In this document: positions 55,903 to 64,000 of the stretch, piece by piece
How the letters are laid out: every line of letters starts with the position of its first letter
Numbering within the stretch: the first letter of the stretch is position 1
DNA from: Lachnospiraceae bacterium
GTDB taxonomy: Bacteria > Bacillota > Clostridia > Lachnospirales > Lachnospiraceae
Direction: 5' to 3'
DNA length: 64,000 nt
NCBI GenBank assembly: GCA_051877515.1
Contig: JBJEIY010000010.1
Location: 27,000 to 90,999, forward strand
The notes under the pieces: generated by a model
Told to the model about the DNA's origin: nothing
Databases searched by the model: none
What the model saw: only the letters and a program-made list of their open reading frames with translations
Program-made: the position numbers and the translations under genes

Positions 55903-56394
55903 GTGAGAAAAAAAACAGGTGTTCCATTCAATGGGACAAAGGAGCAGGAAAAGGAACTGCTACAGGTTATCGAAGAATTACGGGATATCCCGGGATGCCT
56001 GATGCCGATCATGCAGAAGGCCCAGGACATCTATGGATACTTACCTTATGAAGTACAGAAGATCATTTCGGATAATCTGAGAGTTCCTATGGAAAAAGTG
56101 TACGGTGTTGCCACCTTTTATGCACAGTTCAATCTAAACCCCAAGGGAACCTATAAAGTATCGGTTTGCTTAGGAACAGCATGCTATGTAAAAGGATCCG
56201 GTCCGGTTTTAGAGGAACTGGAGAAAGAATTGGGAATTAAAGATGGTGAATGTACACCGGACGGATTATTTTCACTGGATACGTGCCGTTGTGTGGGAGC
56301 CTGCGGACTGGCACCGGTTATGCTGGTAAACGACGACGTTTACGGCAGGGTTACCGTGGATCAGGTTCCTGAGATTTTAGCAAAATATAGATAA
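55903..56394 (+). CDS. hydC: NuoE-like [2Fe-2S] subunit of NAD(P)H-linked [FeFe] hydrogenase
   Basis: GTG start after GGGAGGG. Thioredoxin-like 2Fe-2S motifs VCLGTACYVKG and CRCVGACGLAP. Confidence 0.88.
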   Translation: MRKKTGVPFNGTKEQEKELLQVIEELRDIPGCLMPIMQKAQDIYGYLPYEVQKIISDNLRVPMEKVYGVATFYAQFNLNPKGTYKVSVCLGTACYVKGSGPVLEELEKELGIKDGECTPDGLFSLDTCRCVGACGLAPVMLVNDDVYGRVTVDQVPEILAKYR

Positions 56395-56414
56395 GAGTAG
56401 CCGGAGGATGGAAA

Positions 56415-58307
56415 ATGAAATCAATTGAGAATTTAAAATCAATCCGTGAGTCGGTAGAGGCTCAGGTAGGTCTTAGAACTTCCGGTAATAAAACAGCCGG
56501 ACCGGTGGATGGATACCGCTGCCATGTTTTGGTCTGCGGAGGAACCGGCTGTACTTCATCAGGAAGTCAGCAGATCATACATAATTTTGAAGAAGAACTT
56601 GCAAAATATGGCCTGGATAAAGAAGTTGCCATTGTCAAGACAGGATGCCACGGCTTATGTGCCATGGGACCCATTGTAGTTATTTATCCTGATGCAACCT
56701 TCTATGCCAAAGTGCAGCCGGAGGATGTGACAGAGATCGTATCGGAGCATCTTGTAAACGGTCGTGTGGTAGATCGTCTGATTTACCGTGAAGCGGCAGA
56801 GGATGGCACACATGCCCACAAATCTATTCATGACACCAACTTCTATAAGAAGCAGCACCGTATTGCATTGCGCAACTGTGGTGTGATCAATCCGGAGAAT
56901 ATTGACGAGTACATTGCAACCAGGGGATATGAAGCCCTGGGTAAGGTATTGACCCAGATGCAGCCGGATGAGGTAATCCAGCTGATCTTAGACAGCGGAC
57001 TGCGCGGACGTGGAGGTGCGGGTTTCCCCACCGGTCTGAAGTGGAAATTTGCTTCCGGAAATCGCGGAAATGTGCAGAAATATGTTTGCTGTAATGCAGA
57101 TGAAGGAGATCCGGGTGCATTCATGGATCGTTCCGTTTTGGAAGGAGATCCCCATGTTGTACTGGAAGCTATGGCCATTGCAGGTTATGCCATCGGAGCA
57201 AATCAGGGTTATATCTACGTACGTGCAGAATATCCTATTGCGGTAGAGCGACTGAAGATTGCTATCGGTCAGGCAAGAGAATACGGTTTACTTGGAAAAG
57301 ATATTTTCGGAACCGGATTTGATTTCGATATCGACTTGCGACTGGGTGCGGGAGCATTCGTTTGCGGTGAGGAAACTGCACTTATGACTTCCATTGAAGG
57401 AAACCGTGGAGAGCCTCGTCCGAGACCACCTTTCCCGGCAGTGAAGGGTCTGTTCCAGAGCCCGACTATTCTGAATAACGTAGAGACCTGGGCAAATATT
57501 CCTCAGATCATTTTAAACGGACCGGAATGGTTTGCAGCCATGGGTACGGAAAAGTCCAAGGGAACCAAGGTATTTGCTTTGGGTGGAAAGATCAACAACA
57601 CCGGACTTGTGGAAATCCCAATGGGAACAACCTTGCGTACGGTTATTGAAGAGATTGGCGGAGGAATCCCCAATGGTAAGAAGTTTAAAGCAGCCCAGAC
57701 CGGAGGACCATCCGGAGGATGTATCCCGGCAGAGCATTTTGATATTCCTATCGACTACGATAATCTGATCAGAATCGGTTCCATGATGGGATCCGGTGGA
57801 TTGATCGTAATGGATGAAGATAACTGTATGGTGGATATTGCAAAATTCTTCCTGCAGTTTACCGTAGATGAATCCTGTGGAAAATGTACTCCCTGCCGTG
57901 TGGGAACCAAGCGTATGCTGGAGATCTTAGACAGGATCACAGAAGGCAAGGGAACCATGGAAGACCTGGATAAATTAGAGGAACTTGCTTATTACATCAA
58001 AGATAATGCATTATGCGGACTGGGACAGACAGCTCCGAATCCTGTATTATCCACATTACGCTATTTCAGGGATGAGTATGTTGCCCATATTCAGGAAAAA
58101 CGTTGTCCGGCAGGTGTATGTAAGGCGTTGACTCACTTTGAGATCGATCCGGAAAAATGTCGTGGATGTACCTTGTGTGCAAGAAACTGTCCGGTGGATG
58201 CCATCGAAGGAACCATTAAGAATCCTCACGTGATCAACACCGATAAGTGTATCAAGTGCGGAACTTGTATGGATAATTGTAAATTTGGCGCGATCAGTAA
58301 GAAATAA
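56415..58307 (+). CDS. hydB: NuoF-like flavoprotein subunit of NAD(P)H-linked [FeFe] hydrogenase
   Basis: N-terminal 2Fe-2S domain, GLRGRGGAGFPTGLKW (FMN), ESCGKCTPCR, two C-terminal 4Fe-4S motifs. Confidence 0.92.
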   Translation: MKSIENLKSIRESVEAQVGLRTSGNKTAGPVDGYRCHVLVCGGTGCTSSGSQQIIHNFEEELAKYGLDKEVAIVKTGCHGLCAMGPIVVIYPDATFYAKVQPEDVTEIVSEHLVNGRVVDRLIYREAAEDGTHAHKSIHDTNFYKKQHRIALRNCGVINPENIDEYIATRGYEALGKVLTQMQPDEVIQLILDSGLRGRGGAGFPTGLKWKFASGNRGNVQKYVCCNADEGDPGAFMDRSVLEGDPHVVLEAMAIAGYAIGANQGYIYVRAEYPIAVERLKIAIGQAREYGLLGKDIFGTGFDFDIDLRLGAGAFVCGEETALMTSIEGNRGEPRPRPPFPAVKGLFQSPTILNNVETWANIPQIILNGPEWFAAMGTEKSKGTKVFALGGKINNTGLVEIPMGTTLRTVIEEIGGGIPNGKKFKAAQTGGPSGGCIPAEHFDIPIDYDNLIRIGSMMGSGGLIVMDEDNCMVDIAKFFLQFTVDESCGKCTPCRVGTKRMLEILDRITEGKGTMEDLDKLEELAYYIKDNALCGLGQTAPNPVLSTLRYFRDEYVAHIQEKRCPAGVCKALTHFEIDPEKCRGCTLCARNCPVDAIEGTIKNPHVINTDKCIKCGTCMDNCKFGAISKK

Positions 58308-58324
58308 GTGGAGGAAAAAAGACC

Positions 58325-60073
58325 ATGGGAAATATTAACCTGAAAATAAATAATATGGATGTGTCTGCGCCGGAAGGCTCCACTATCCTGGAGGCTGCCA
58401 GATTGGCTCAGATCGAGATCCCGACCCTTTGTTATTTGAAGGAGATCAATGAAATCGGTGCATGCAGAATGTGTGTCGTTGAAGTAAAAGGGGCAAAAAC
58501 TCTGGTAACTGCATGTGTGTATCCGGTCAATGAGGGAATGGAGGTATTCACCAATTCACCGCGGGTACTGGAATCCAGAAAGAAAACACTGGAGTTGATC
58601 CTGTCTACACACAACAGAGACTGTCTTGCCTGTGTAAGAAGCGGAAACTGTGAATTGCAGACCCTTTGTAAGGAACTGGGTGTGGAAGAGTCCGGCCGTT
58701 ATGACGGAGCAAAACCGGAAGGACAGTTGGATGATTCTGCAGCGCATATGGTAAGAGATAACAGCAAATGTATCCTTTGCCGCCGTTGTGTAGCTGCCTG
58801 TGAGAAGACCCAGGGCATTGGCGTGATCGGTGCTAATGAGCGAGGATTTAAGACCTATATCGGAACGGCCTTTGACCTGCCTCTTTCCGAAACCAGCTGT
58901 GTAAGCTGCGGACAGTGTATTGCTGTATGTCCTACCGGTGCATTGTATGAAAAAGATTTTACCACTCAGGTATTCGAGGCGATTGCAGATCCTGATAAAT
59001 ATGTAGTGGTTCAGACGGCTCCCGCAGTTCGTGCGGCGTTGTCCGAGGAATTTGGTTATCCGGTAGGAACCAATGCGGAAGGCAAAATGGCAGCAGCACT
59101 TCGCCGCCTTGGATTTGATAAAGTATTTGATACCAACTTTGCGGCAGATCTTACCATTATGGAAGAAGCACATGAGTTTCTGGATCGGGTACAGAATGGC
59201 GGAACATTACCGCTGATCACATCCTGTTCACCGGGATGGGTAAAATACTGTGAGCATTACTATCCGGATTTGACAGATAATCTTTCCAGTTGTAAATCTC
59301 CCCAGCAGATGTTTGGTGCCATTACCAAATCCTATTTTGCCGAGAAGATGAACATCCCGAAGGAAAAGATCGTCGTAGTCAGTGTTATGCCGTGTACGGC
59401 AAAGAAATTTGAAATCGGAAGAGACGATGAAGCCGGAGCAGGCTTGCCGGATGTAGATATTGCTCTTACAACCAGAGAGTTGGCAAGAATGATCAAAAAA
59501 GCAGGAATCCGGTATGACGACCTTCCGGATGAGGAATTTGACAATCCATTGGGAGAGTACACAGGAGCAGGTGTCATCTTCGGAGCTACCGGTGGTGTTA
59601 TGGAAGCAGCCCTTCGTACTGCAGTAGAAACCCTTACCGGAGAAGAGCTGAAGAATCTGGATTTCACTGACGTTCGTGGAACCAAAGGAATCAAAGAGGC
59701 TACTTATAGTGTGGCAGGTCTGGATGTGAAGGTGGCAGTTGCCAGCGGACTTTCCAATGCCAGAGAGTTACTGGATAAGGTAGAGTCCGGTGAAGCACAA
59801 TATCACTTCATTGAGATCATGGGATGCCCGGGAGGCTGTGTCAATGGAGGCGGTCAGCCTCAGCAGCCTGGTTATATCCGCAATACGGTGGATATCCGTG
59901 CAAAACGTGCATCTGTGCTGTATGATCTGGACAAGGATGCACCAATCCGTAAATCTCACGAGAATCCGGAGATCAAGAAACTATATGCAGAATATCTGGG
60001 TGAACCGGGAAGTGAAAAAGCGCATCATCTGTTACATACAACCTACGTAAAACGGTGTGTGAACCAGGAATAA
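58325..60073 (+). CDS. hydA: [FeFe] hydrogenase catalytic subunit (CpI-like M3 architecture) with variant L1 motif
   Basis: 2Fe-2S N-domain, HNRDCLACVRSGNC, two ferredoxin motifs, L2 VMPCTAKKFE, L3 EIMGCPGGCVNGGGQP. L1 reads TSCSPGW. Confidence 0.92.
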   Translation: MGNINLKINNMDVSAPEGSTILEAARLAQIEIPTLCYLKEINEIGACRMCVVEVKGAKTLVTACVYPVNEGMEVFTNSPRVLESRKKTLELILSTHNRDCLACVRSGNCELQTLCKELGVEESGRYDGAKPEGQLDDSAAHMVRDNSKCILCRRCVAACEKTQGIGVIGANERGFKTYIGTAFDLPLSETSCVSCGQCIAVCPTGALYEKDFTTQVFEAIADPDKYVVVQTAPAVRAALSEEFGYPVGTNAEGKMAAALRRLGFDKVFDTNFAADLTIMEEAHEFLDRVQNGGTLPLITSCSPGWVKYCEHYYPDLTDNLSSCKSPQQMFGAITKSYFAEKMNIPKEKIVVVSVMPCTAKKFEIGRDDEAGAGLPDVDIALTTRELARMIKKAGIRYDDLPDEEFDNPLGEYTGAGVIFGATGGVMEAALRTAVETLTGEELKNLDFTDVRGTKGIKEATYSVAGLDVKVAVASGLSNARELLDKVESGEAQYHFIEIMGCPGGCVNGGGQPQQPGYIRNTVDIRAKRASVLYDLDKDAPIRKSHENPEIKKLYAEYLGEPGSEKAHHLLHTTYVKRCVNQE

Positions 60074-60099
60074 GACAGGGGGACGGTTCTCTGTCCGCC
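60074..60099 (+). repeat. palindromic element copy 3
   Basis: GACAGGGGGACGGTTCTCTGTCCGCC begins directly after the hydA TAA. Flanked by a 16-bp direct repeat. Confidence 0.8.
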
Positions 60100-60125
60100 T
60101 GAACCAGGAATAAGAACAAATATTG

Positions 60126-60157
60126 ATTGCAGGCAGTGTATTGCTGCCTGCAATTTT
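60126..60157 (+). terminator. rho-independent terminator of the hydrogenase operon
   Basis: ATTGCAGGCAG / CTGCCTGCAAT 11-bp stem, 7-nt loop, then TTTTAT. Confidence 0.8.
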
Positions 60158-60243
60158 ATCGCAGGGAAGAATTCCGGTAGCAGAGGAGCCAAAAGGTTTG
60201 AAGGCTGCTTTGCTGGGAAAATTTTCCCCAAAAGGAGGATTAT

Positions 60244-60540
60244 ATGGAAGATAAACAGATTCTGGCAAAAGAGGTACTGAATCAGGCAGTTGAAGAAACC
60301 ATTGCTTTTTCAGAAAAAACCAAGGCACCGATTGCGGATATGCTCTACAGCAGTGATCTTTCCGAAGGGGAGCCGGTCACCTTATATGTCCTGTTTGAGG
60401 ATGTAGCACAGCTTAAGGCTATGGAAGAAGAAAACTTGAAGGATGAATTCATGGGTACGTTTCTGCGGGCATTGAGCAGCCGGGAATATCCGTTTCCGGA
60501 TAGACCGCAGTTTCACTTTGAGTTCTCCATTCAACTTTAG
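60244..60540 (+). CDS. hypothetical acidic protein (98 aa)
   Basis: Strong RBS AAGGAGGA 5 nt upstream. No family recognised. Confidence 0.5.
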   Translation: MEDKQILAKEVLNQAVEETIAFSEKTKAPIADMLYSSDLSEGEPVTLYVLFEDVAQLKAMEEENLKDEFMGTFLRALSSREYPFPDRPQFHFEFSIQL

Positions 60541-60565
60541 GACAGGGGACGGTTCTCTGTCCGCC
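60540..60565 (+). repeat. palindromic element copy 4
   Basis: GGACAGGGGACGGTTCTCTGTCCGCC. Its first G is the last base of the TAG stop codon. Confidence 0.8.
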
Positions 60566-60684
60566 CTGACTCAAGAAAAATAACCTCTTAGGGCCGGATA
60601 TTTACCACTTGGGAAAAAGTACTGGTCTTTTTTTCAGAATAGATTATAATGCGTAATATCAAATCAGCAGACGGAGGTAGAGGA

Positions 60685-61146
60685 ATGAAGATTCGAATAG
60701 AAGTGGATCCAAACCTGGAAGAAGATGAAGTTCTCATTCGCTGCCGTTCTGTCACTGAGGAAGTTGTGAATGTGCAGCAGGCCGTAACGGATGCTGCAGC
60801 AGGCGGTCAGCGGTTCCTGTTTTACCAGGGTGAGAAAGAATACTATTTTTCCCTGGATGAGATCCTGTTCTTTGAAACAGATGCCAATCATGTGAATGCC
60901 CATACCAGGGATCAGGTTTATCAGGTAAAATACAGATTGTATGAACTGGAAGAATTGCTGCCGTCTTATTTTATCCGGGTTGCCAAGTCCACCATCCTGA
61001 ATATCCATCATGTATATGCCATTACTAAGAATCTTACGGGTGCCAGTGAGGTGGAGTTTGCAGGAACGCATAAACATATTTATGTATCAAGAGGATATTA
61101 CAAAACTCTGAAAGAGAGATTAGATGACAGGAGGTATAAGAAATGA
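60685..61146 (+). CDS. stand-alone LytTR-domain DNA-binding regulator
   Basis: No receiver domain. LytTR-like core (ILFFETDANHVNAHT...YQVKYRLYELEELL...FIRVAKSTILNI). ATG at 60685 follows GGAGGTAGAGG. Confidence 0.8.
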   Translation: MKIRIEVDPNLEEDEVLIRCRSVTEEVVNVQQAVTDAAAGGQRFLFYQGEKEYYFSLDEILFFETDANHVNAHTRDQVYQVKYRLYELEELLPSYFIRVAKSTILNIHHVYAITKNLTGASEVEFAGTHKHIYVSRGYYKTLKERLDDRRYKK

Positions 61147-61910
61147 AGAAAAGAACTAAGAGTATTGTCTGGGGAATCCTTTTGCTGGCAGTAGCAGCAT
61201 TATTGATCGCATCCCAGGTGGGATTTGAATTTACATTGGCAGGACTTAGCTGGTTTCAGATCATTGTGTTGGCCTGCTGCGCCTACGGTATCATTACCGG
61301 AATCCTTGAATTTCACTTGTGGGAGGCAGCATTTGGAGCAGGAATCGGATATTATATTTTAAGTGAACCCTTGGGATGGCCCCATATTTCCCTGTGGATC
61401 CTGCTTTTGTCCATCTGTGTGGCCGGTGCAGGTCTGCAGATGATCTTTCATAAGAAAGAATCTGCCATCAAATGGAGTGAGGATCATGACGGAAAATTTA
61501 CGGTGGAATATGACTCCGACGGTTTTAAAGATGGAGAAGATGTAGTGTTTGCCCATAGTGAGGGAGCATCTTTTTCCGATGAAGATTATTTAAAGGGAGA
61601 CCTTGTATTTTCTTCCACGGCTAAGTACATTGAAAGCCAGGATTTCAGGGGTGGAGATACCGATGTGGTATTCAGCCATGCAAAATACTATTTTGATCAT
61701 GCCAAACTGCATGAAAACAAGGCGGTTCTGAATCTGGATTGTGTTTTTTCCTCTGTGGACATTTATGTACCCCGGGAGTTCAATGTAGTCAGCAATGTCA
61801 GCCGTGTATTCGGTGGAGCTGATTATGCGGAAGTATTCCGGGAAGGAGCACCTACATTGGTGATCGAAGGGGATTGTGTGTTCGGAAGCATTAAGATCCA
61901 TCGTGTATAA
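61143..61910 (+). CDS. membrane protein with LiaF-like (cell-wall-active antibiotic response) C-terminal domain
   Basis: Four N-terminal TM helices; beta-rich C-terminus (VFSS..., VFGGADY, VFGSIKI). 4-nt overlap with the LytTR gene. Confidence 0.6.
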   Translation: MKKRTKSIVWGILLLAVAALLIASQVGFEFTLAGLSWFQIIVLACCAYGIITGILEFHLWEAAFGAGIGYYILSEPLGWPHISLWILLLSICVAGAGLQMIFHKKESAIKWSEDHDGKFTVEYDSDGFKDGEDVVFAHSEGASFSDEDYLKGDLVFSSTAKYIESQDFRGGDTDVVFSHAKYYFDHAKLHENKAVLNLDCVFSSVDIYVPREFNVVSNVSRVFGGADYAEVFREGAPTLVIEGDCVFGSIKIHRV

Positions 61911-61923
61911 GTTTCTACTCTCC

Positions 61924-61952
61924 GCGGACAGGGGGACGGGTCCGTGTCCGCC
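61924..61952 (+). repeat. palindromic element copy 5 (diverged)
   Basis: GCGGACAGGGGGACGGGTCCGTGTCCGCC, 13 nt after the stop codon. Confidence 0.7.
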
Positions 61953-62002
61953 CAATATCCTCCCCGGGTATAAAATCCGTTACATGTAGAAAATAATCGC
62001 CC

Positions 62003-62058
62003 AAAGAGTTTGCATGAGCAAATTCCCCGAAGGATTTGCATATGCAGGCTCTTTTTTT
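62003..62058 (+). terminator. structured terminator after the LytTR/LiaF-like pair
   Basis: AAAGAGTTTGCAT / ATGCAGGCTCTTT outer stem (two U-G pairs), inner GCAAATTC/GGATTTGC stem, then a T7 run. Confidence 0.65.
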
Positions 62059-62082
62059 GTGGGGGTTGAAATGGTCAAATAG

Positions 62083-62110
62083 TTGACACATTTTGTTGGT
62101 ATGATATGAT
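62083..62110 (+). promoter_or_regulatory. candidate sigma-A promoter of the pilus locus
   Basis: TTGACA, 16 nt, TATGAT. Confidence 0.45.
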
Positions 62111-62158
62111 AAAGTAAATGTTTTAAGGATAGAAATATAAAGTAGAAAGAGTGAAATA

Positions 62159-63868
62159 ATGGTACAGAGACGACTTGGTGAATTGTTGATTGCAGCCGGG
62201 ACGATTACGGAAGAACAACTGAATCAGGGACTTGCTTTAAAAAAAGGTACAAAGGAGCGTCTTGGCACGGTGCTGATTTCCAATGGAATCATTACAGAGG
62301 ACCAGTTGATTGAAGCACTGCAGATGCAGTTGGGTATCGAATATATTGATTTGACAAAAGCAACGATTCCTGTTGAAATGGCTCAAACAGTTCCGAAGAA
62401 TGTTGCAAAACAATATCAGGTAGTACCGGTGAAGATTCTCAAGGGAGAGCTCTATCTCGCTATGAGCGATCCACTTAATTTTTATGCGATCGAGGAGGTT
62501 CGCAAAGCTGTCCGGAAAAAAGTTGTTCCCATGGTTGCGACAGCATCGGCAATAGAGCATGCGATCCAGGTTTTGTATGGCAACGAGGGTGCAGCGAAAG
62601 CGATTGAGGATATGAAGCGTGAAGCTGCGACGACAGGTGATTCCTCAACTGTTACGGATGCGGCATTTGTCTCCAATCAGATCGGGGAAGATTCGGTAAA
62701 CAGTGCACCTACGATCCGGCTTGTGAATTCCATTATTGGGCGTGCTGTGGCAGAACGGGCCAGCGATATTCATCTGGAGCCGCACGAAAGTGAATATGGA
62801 GTCCGTATGCGTATCGATGGAGTGATGCAGGAGATTCTTACTGTACCGAAAAATCTCCAGAGTTCCGTTATTTCCAGATTTAAGGTTATGAGTGGAATGA
62901 ATATTGCGGAGCGTCGTATTCCGCAGGACGGACGTTTTCATGTCAAAGTAAAAGATAAGGACATCGATCTTCGTGTTTCTACACTTCCTACTATATATGG
63001 TGAAAAAATTGTAGCCCGTCTGCTTGATAAATCCGGCGGGCAGATCAGCAAAGAGGACATCGGACTTACCGGTGAAGATCTTGATAAATATGAAAAGCTC
63101 ATACATTGTAGAAGTGGTGTGATACTGCTTGTGGGGCCAACCGGAAGCGGAAAATCCACAACAATGTATGCCATGATCGAAGAACTGAATACAACAGAAG
63201 TGAATCTGGTGACACTGGAAGATCCGGTGGAATACAATATCGACGGGGTAAACCAGGTACAGATCAATGAAAAAACAGGAATGACTTTTGCAAACGGATT
63301 GCGTGCGATCCTGCGTCAAGATCCGGATATTATTGCCGTGGGTGAAATTCGTGACGGTGAGACGGCGGATATTGCCATGCGTGCAGCTATTACAGGACAT
63401 GTTGTTTTGTCAACGATCCATACAAATGATGCCATTGGTGTAATCGAACGTTTAGAGGATATTGGTGTGGAGACTTACCTGATCTCCAGTGCATTGAGAG
63501 GGATTATTTCCCAGCGTCTAGTACGCCGCATCTGTCCGCACTGCAGACAGGAATATAGCCCTACTGAGGATGAATTAGAGCAGCTTGGTATGAAACCGGA
63601 GTCAGGACTTAAATTTTACCGTGGAAGCGGATGCCCGAACTGCTTTAATACAGGATACCGTGGAAGAACGGCAGTGTTTGAGATCATGCCTGTTAACAGA
63701 CGGATCCGAACAGCCGTCGCTGAGAAAAAGGGACGTGCAGCAGTAGAGGAAATTTTAAAATCCCCGGAATATGGTTTTGTTTCGCTTCATGACAATGCGC
63801 TTCGGCTTGTAAAAGAGGGAATTACTACAAGTGATGAAATGCTTAGAGTAATTAATACGGAGGAATAG
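62159..63868 (+). CDS. pilB: type IV pilus assembly / type II secretion ATPase (GspE/PilB family)
   Basis: T2SSE N-domain, Walker A GPTGSGKST, Asp/His boxes, tetracysteine CPHC...CPNC. Confidence 0.92.
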   Translation: MVQRRLGELLIAAGTITEEQLNQGLALKKGTKERLGTVLISNGIITEDQLIEALQMQLGIEYIDLTKATIPVEMAQTVPKNVAKQYQVVPVKILKGELYLAMSDPLNFYAIEEVRKAVRKKVVPMVATASAIEHAIQVLYGNEGAAKAIEDMKREAATTGDSSTVTDAAFVSNQIGEDSVNSAPTIRLVNSIIGRAVAERASDIHLEPHESEYGVRMRIDGVMQEILTVPKNLQSSVISRFKVMSGMNIAERRIPQDGRFHVKVKDKDIDLRVSTLPTIYGEKIVARLLDKSGGQISKEDIGLTGEDLDKYEKLIHCRSGVILLVGPTGSGKSTTMYAMIEELNTTEVNLVTLEDPVEYNIDGVNQVQINEKTGMTFANGLRAILRQDPDIIAVGEIRDGETADIAMRAAITGHVVLSTIHTNDAIGVIERLEDIGVETYLISSALRGIISQRLVRRICPHCRQEYSPTEDELEQLGMKPESGLKFYRGSGCPNCFNTGYRGRTAVFEIMPVNRRIRTAVAEKKGRAAVEEILKSPEYGFVSLHDNALRLVKEGITTSDEMLRVINTEE

Positions 63869-63872
63869 CAGT

Positions 63873-64000
63873 ATGATGACAGTAGATAATTTGGTGGGAA
63901 AAGCAAAACAGGATGGTGCATCCGATATTCATCTGATCTGCGGTCTGCCGCCGAAGTACCGTCTGGACGGACAATTGGAAAATATGTCGGACGAGGTGCT
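63873..64000 (+). CDS. pilT: type IV pilus retraction ATPase PilT family, 3' end outside window
   Basis: Open frame from the ATG at 63873 after GGAGGA: MMTVDNLVGKAKQDGASDIHLICGLPPKYRLDGQL, typical of the PilT N-terminus. Only 42 codons visible. Confidence 0.7.
   Translation, partial: MMTVDNLVGKAKQDGASDIHLICGLPPKYRLDGQLENMSDEV

Noticed and set aside
61905-61972. 6-bp direct repeat GTATAA flanking palindromic element copy 5, as a second target-site duplication.
   Set aside because: It is too short and too far apart (about 60 bp) to distinguish from chance. Only the 16-bp duplication at copy 3 is convincing.

Overview
64-kb chromosomal segment that looks like a spore-forming, anaerobic Firmicute (class Clostridia; the taxon is inferred from gene content only). 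It is densely coding, mostly on the + strand, and I found no transposase, integrase, tRNA, rRNA or CRISPR. In order: nrdD (5' partial, fused to a thioredoxin-like domain), pyrC-pyrF-pyrK-pyrD, a small chorismate mutase, pyrE, small membrane/VanZ genes, an M29-like aminopeptidase and purE-purM-purN-purD. Next comes a conserved Bacillus-like backbone: comEA, comEC, holA, gpr, rpsT, spoIIP, lepA, hemW. Four modules interrupt it: an OmpR/HK pair plus a GerMN lipoprotein, a soluble hybrid kinase, a cbiM-Q-O ECF transporter, and a 5.6-kb selD operon. After that: a DUF362 Fe-S protein, guaB and typA (- strand), a tandem-OB protein, a cobO-like gene, dapA, dapB, fbp (class 3), a ClpX paralog, a Csp-like S8 subtilase, a cold-shock protein, an M18 aminopeptidase, an alpha/beta hydrolase, a HydC-HydB-HydA (NuoE/NuoF/[FeFe]) hydrogenase operon, a LytTR plus LiaF-like membrane pair, and the start of a type IV pilus locus (pilB, pilT). 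The most interesting items are: (1) the selD operon, which embeds an HgdC-type activase and a double-cubane/2-hydroxyacyl-CoA-dehydratase-family protein among Se/S-carrier genes; (2) a 348-bp array of seven 52-bp units in two flavours just after hemW; (3) a dispersed 23-26-nt palindromic element that abuts stop codons, with one copy flanked by a 16-bp direct duplication that includes the hydA stop codon; (4) HydA with TSCSPGW in place of the canonical TSCCPxW H-cluster motif; (5) an S8 protease whose catalytic Ser position reads Cys. All functional calls come from reading motifs in the translated ORFs. No database search was run.
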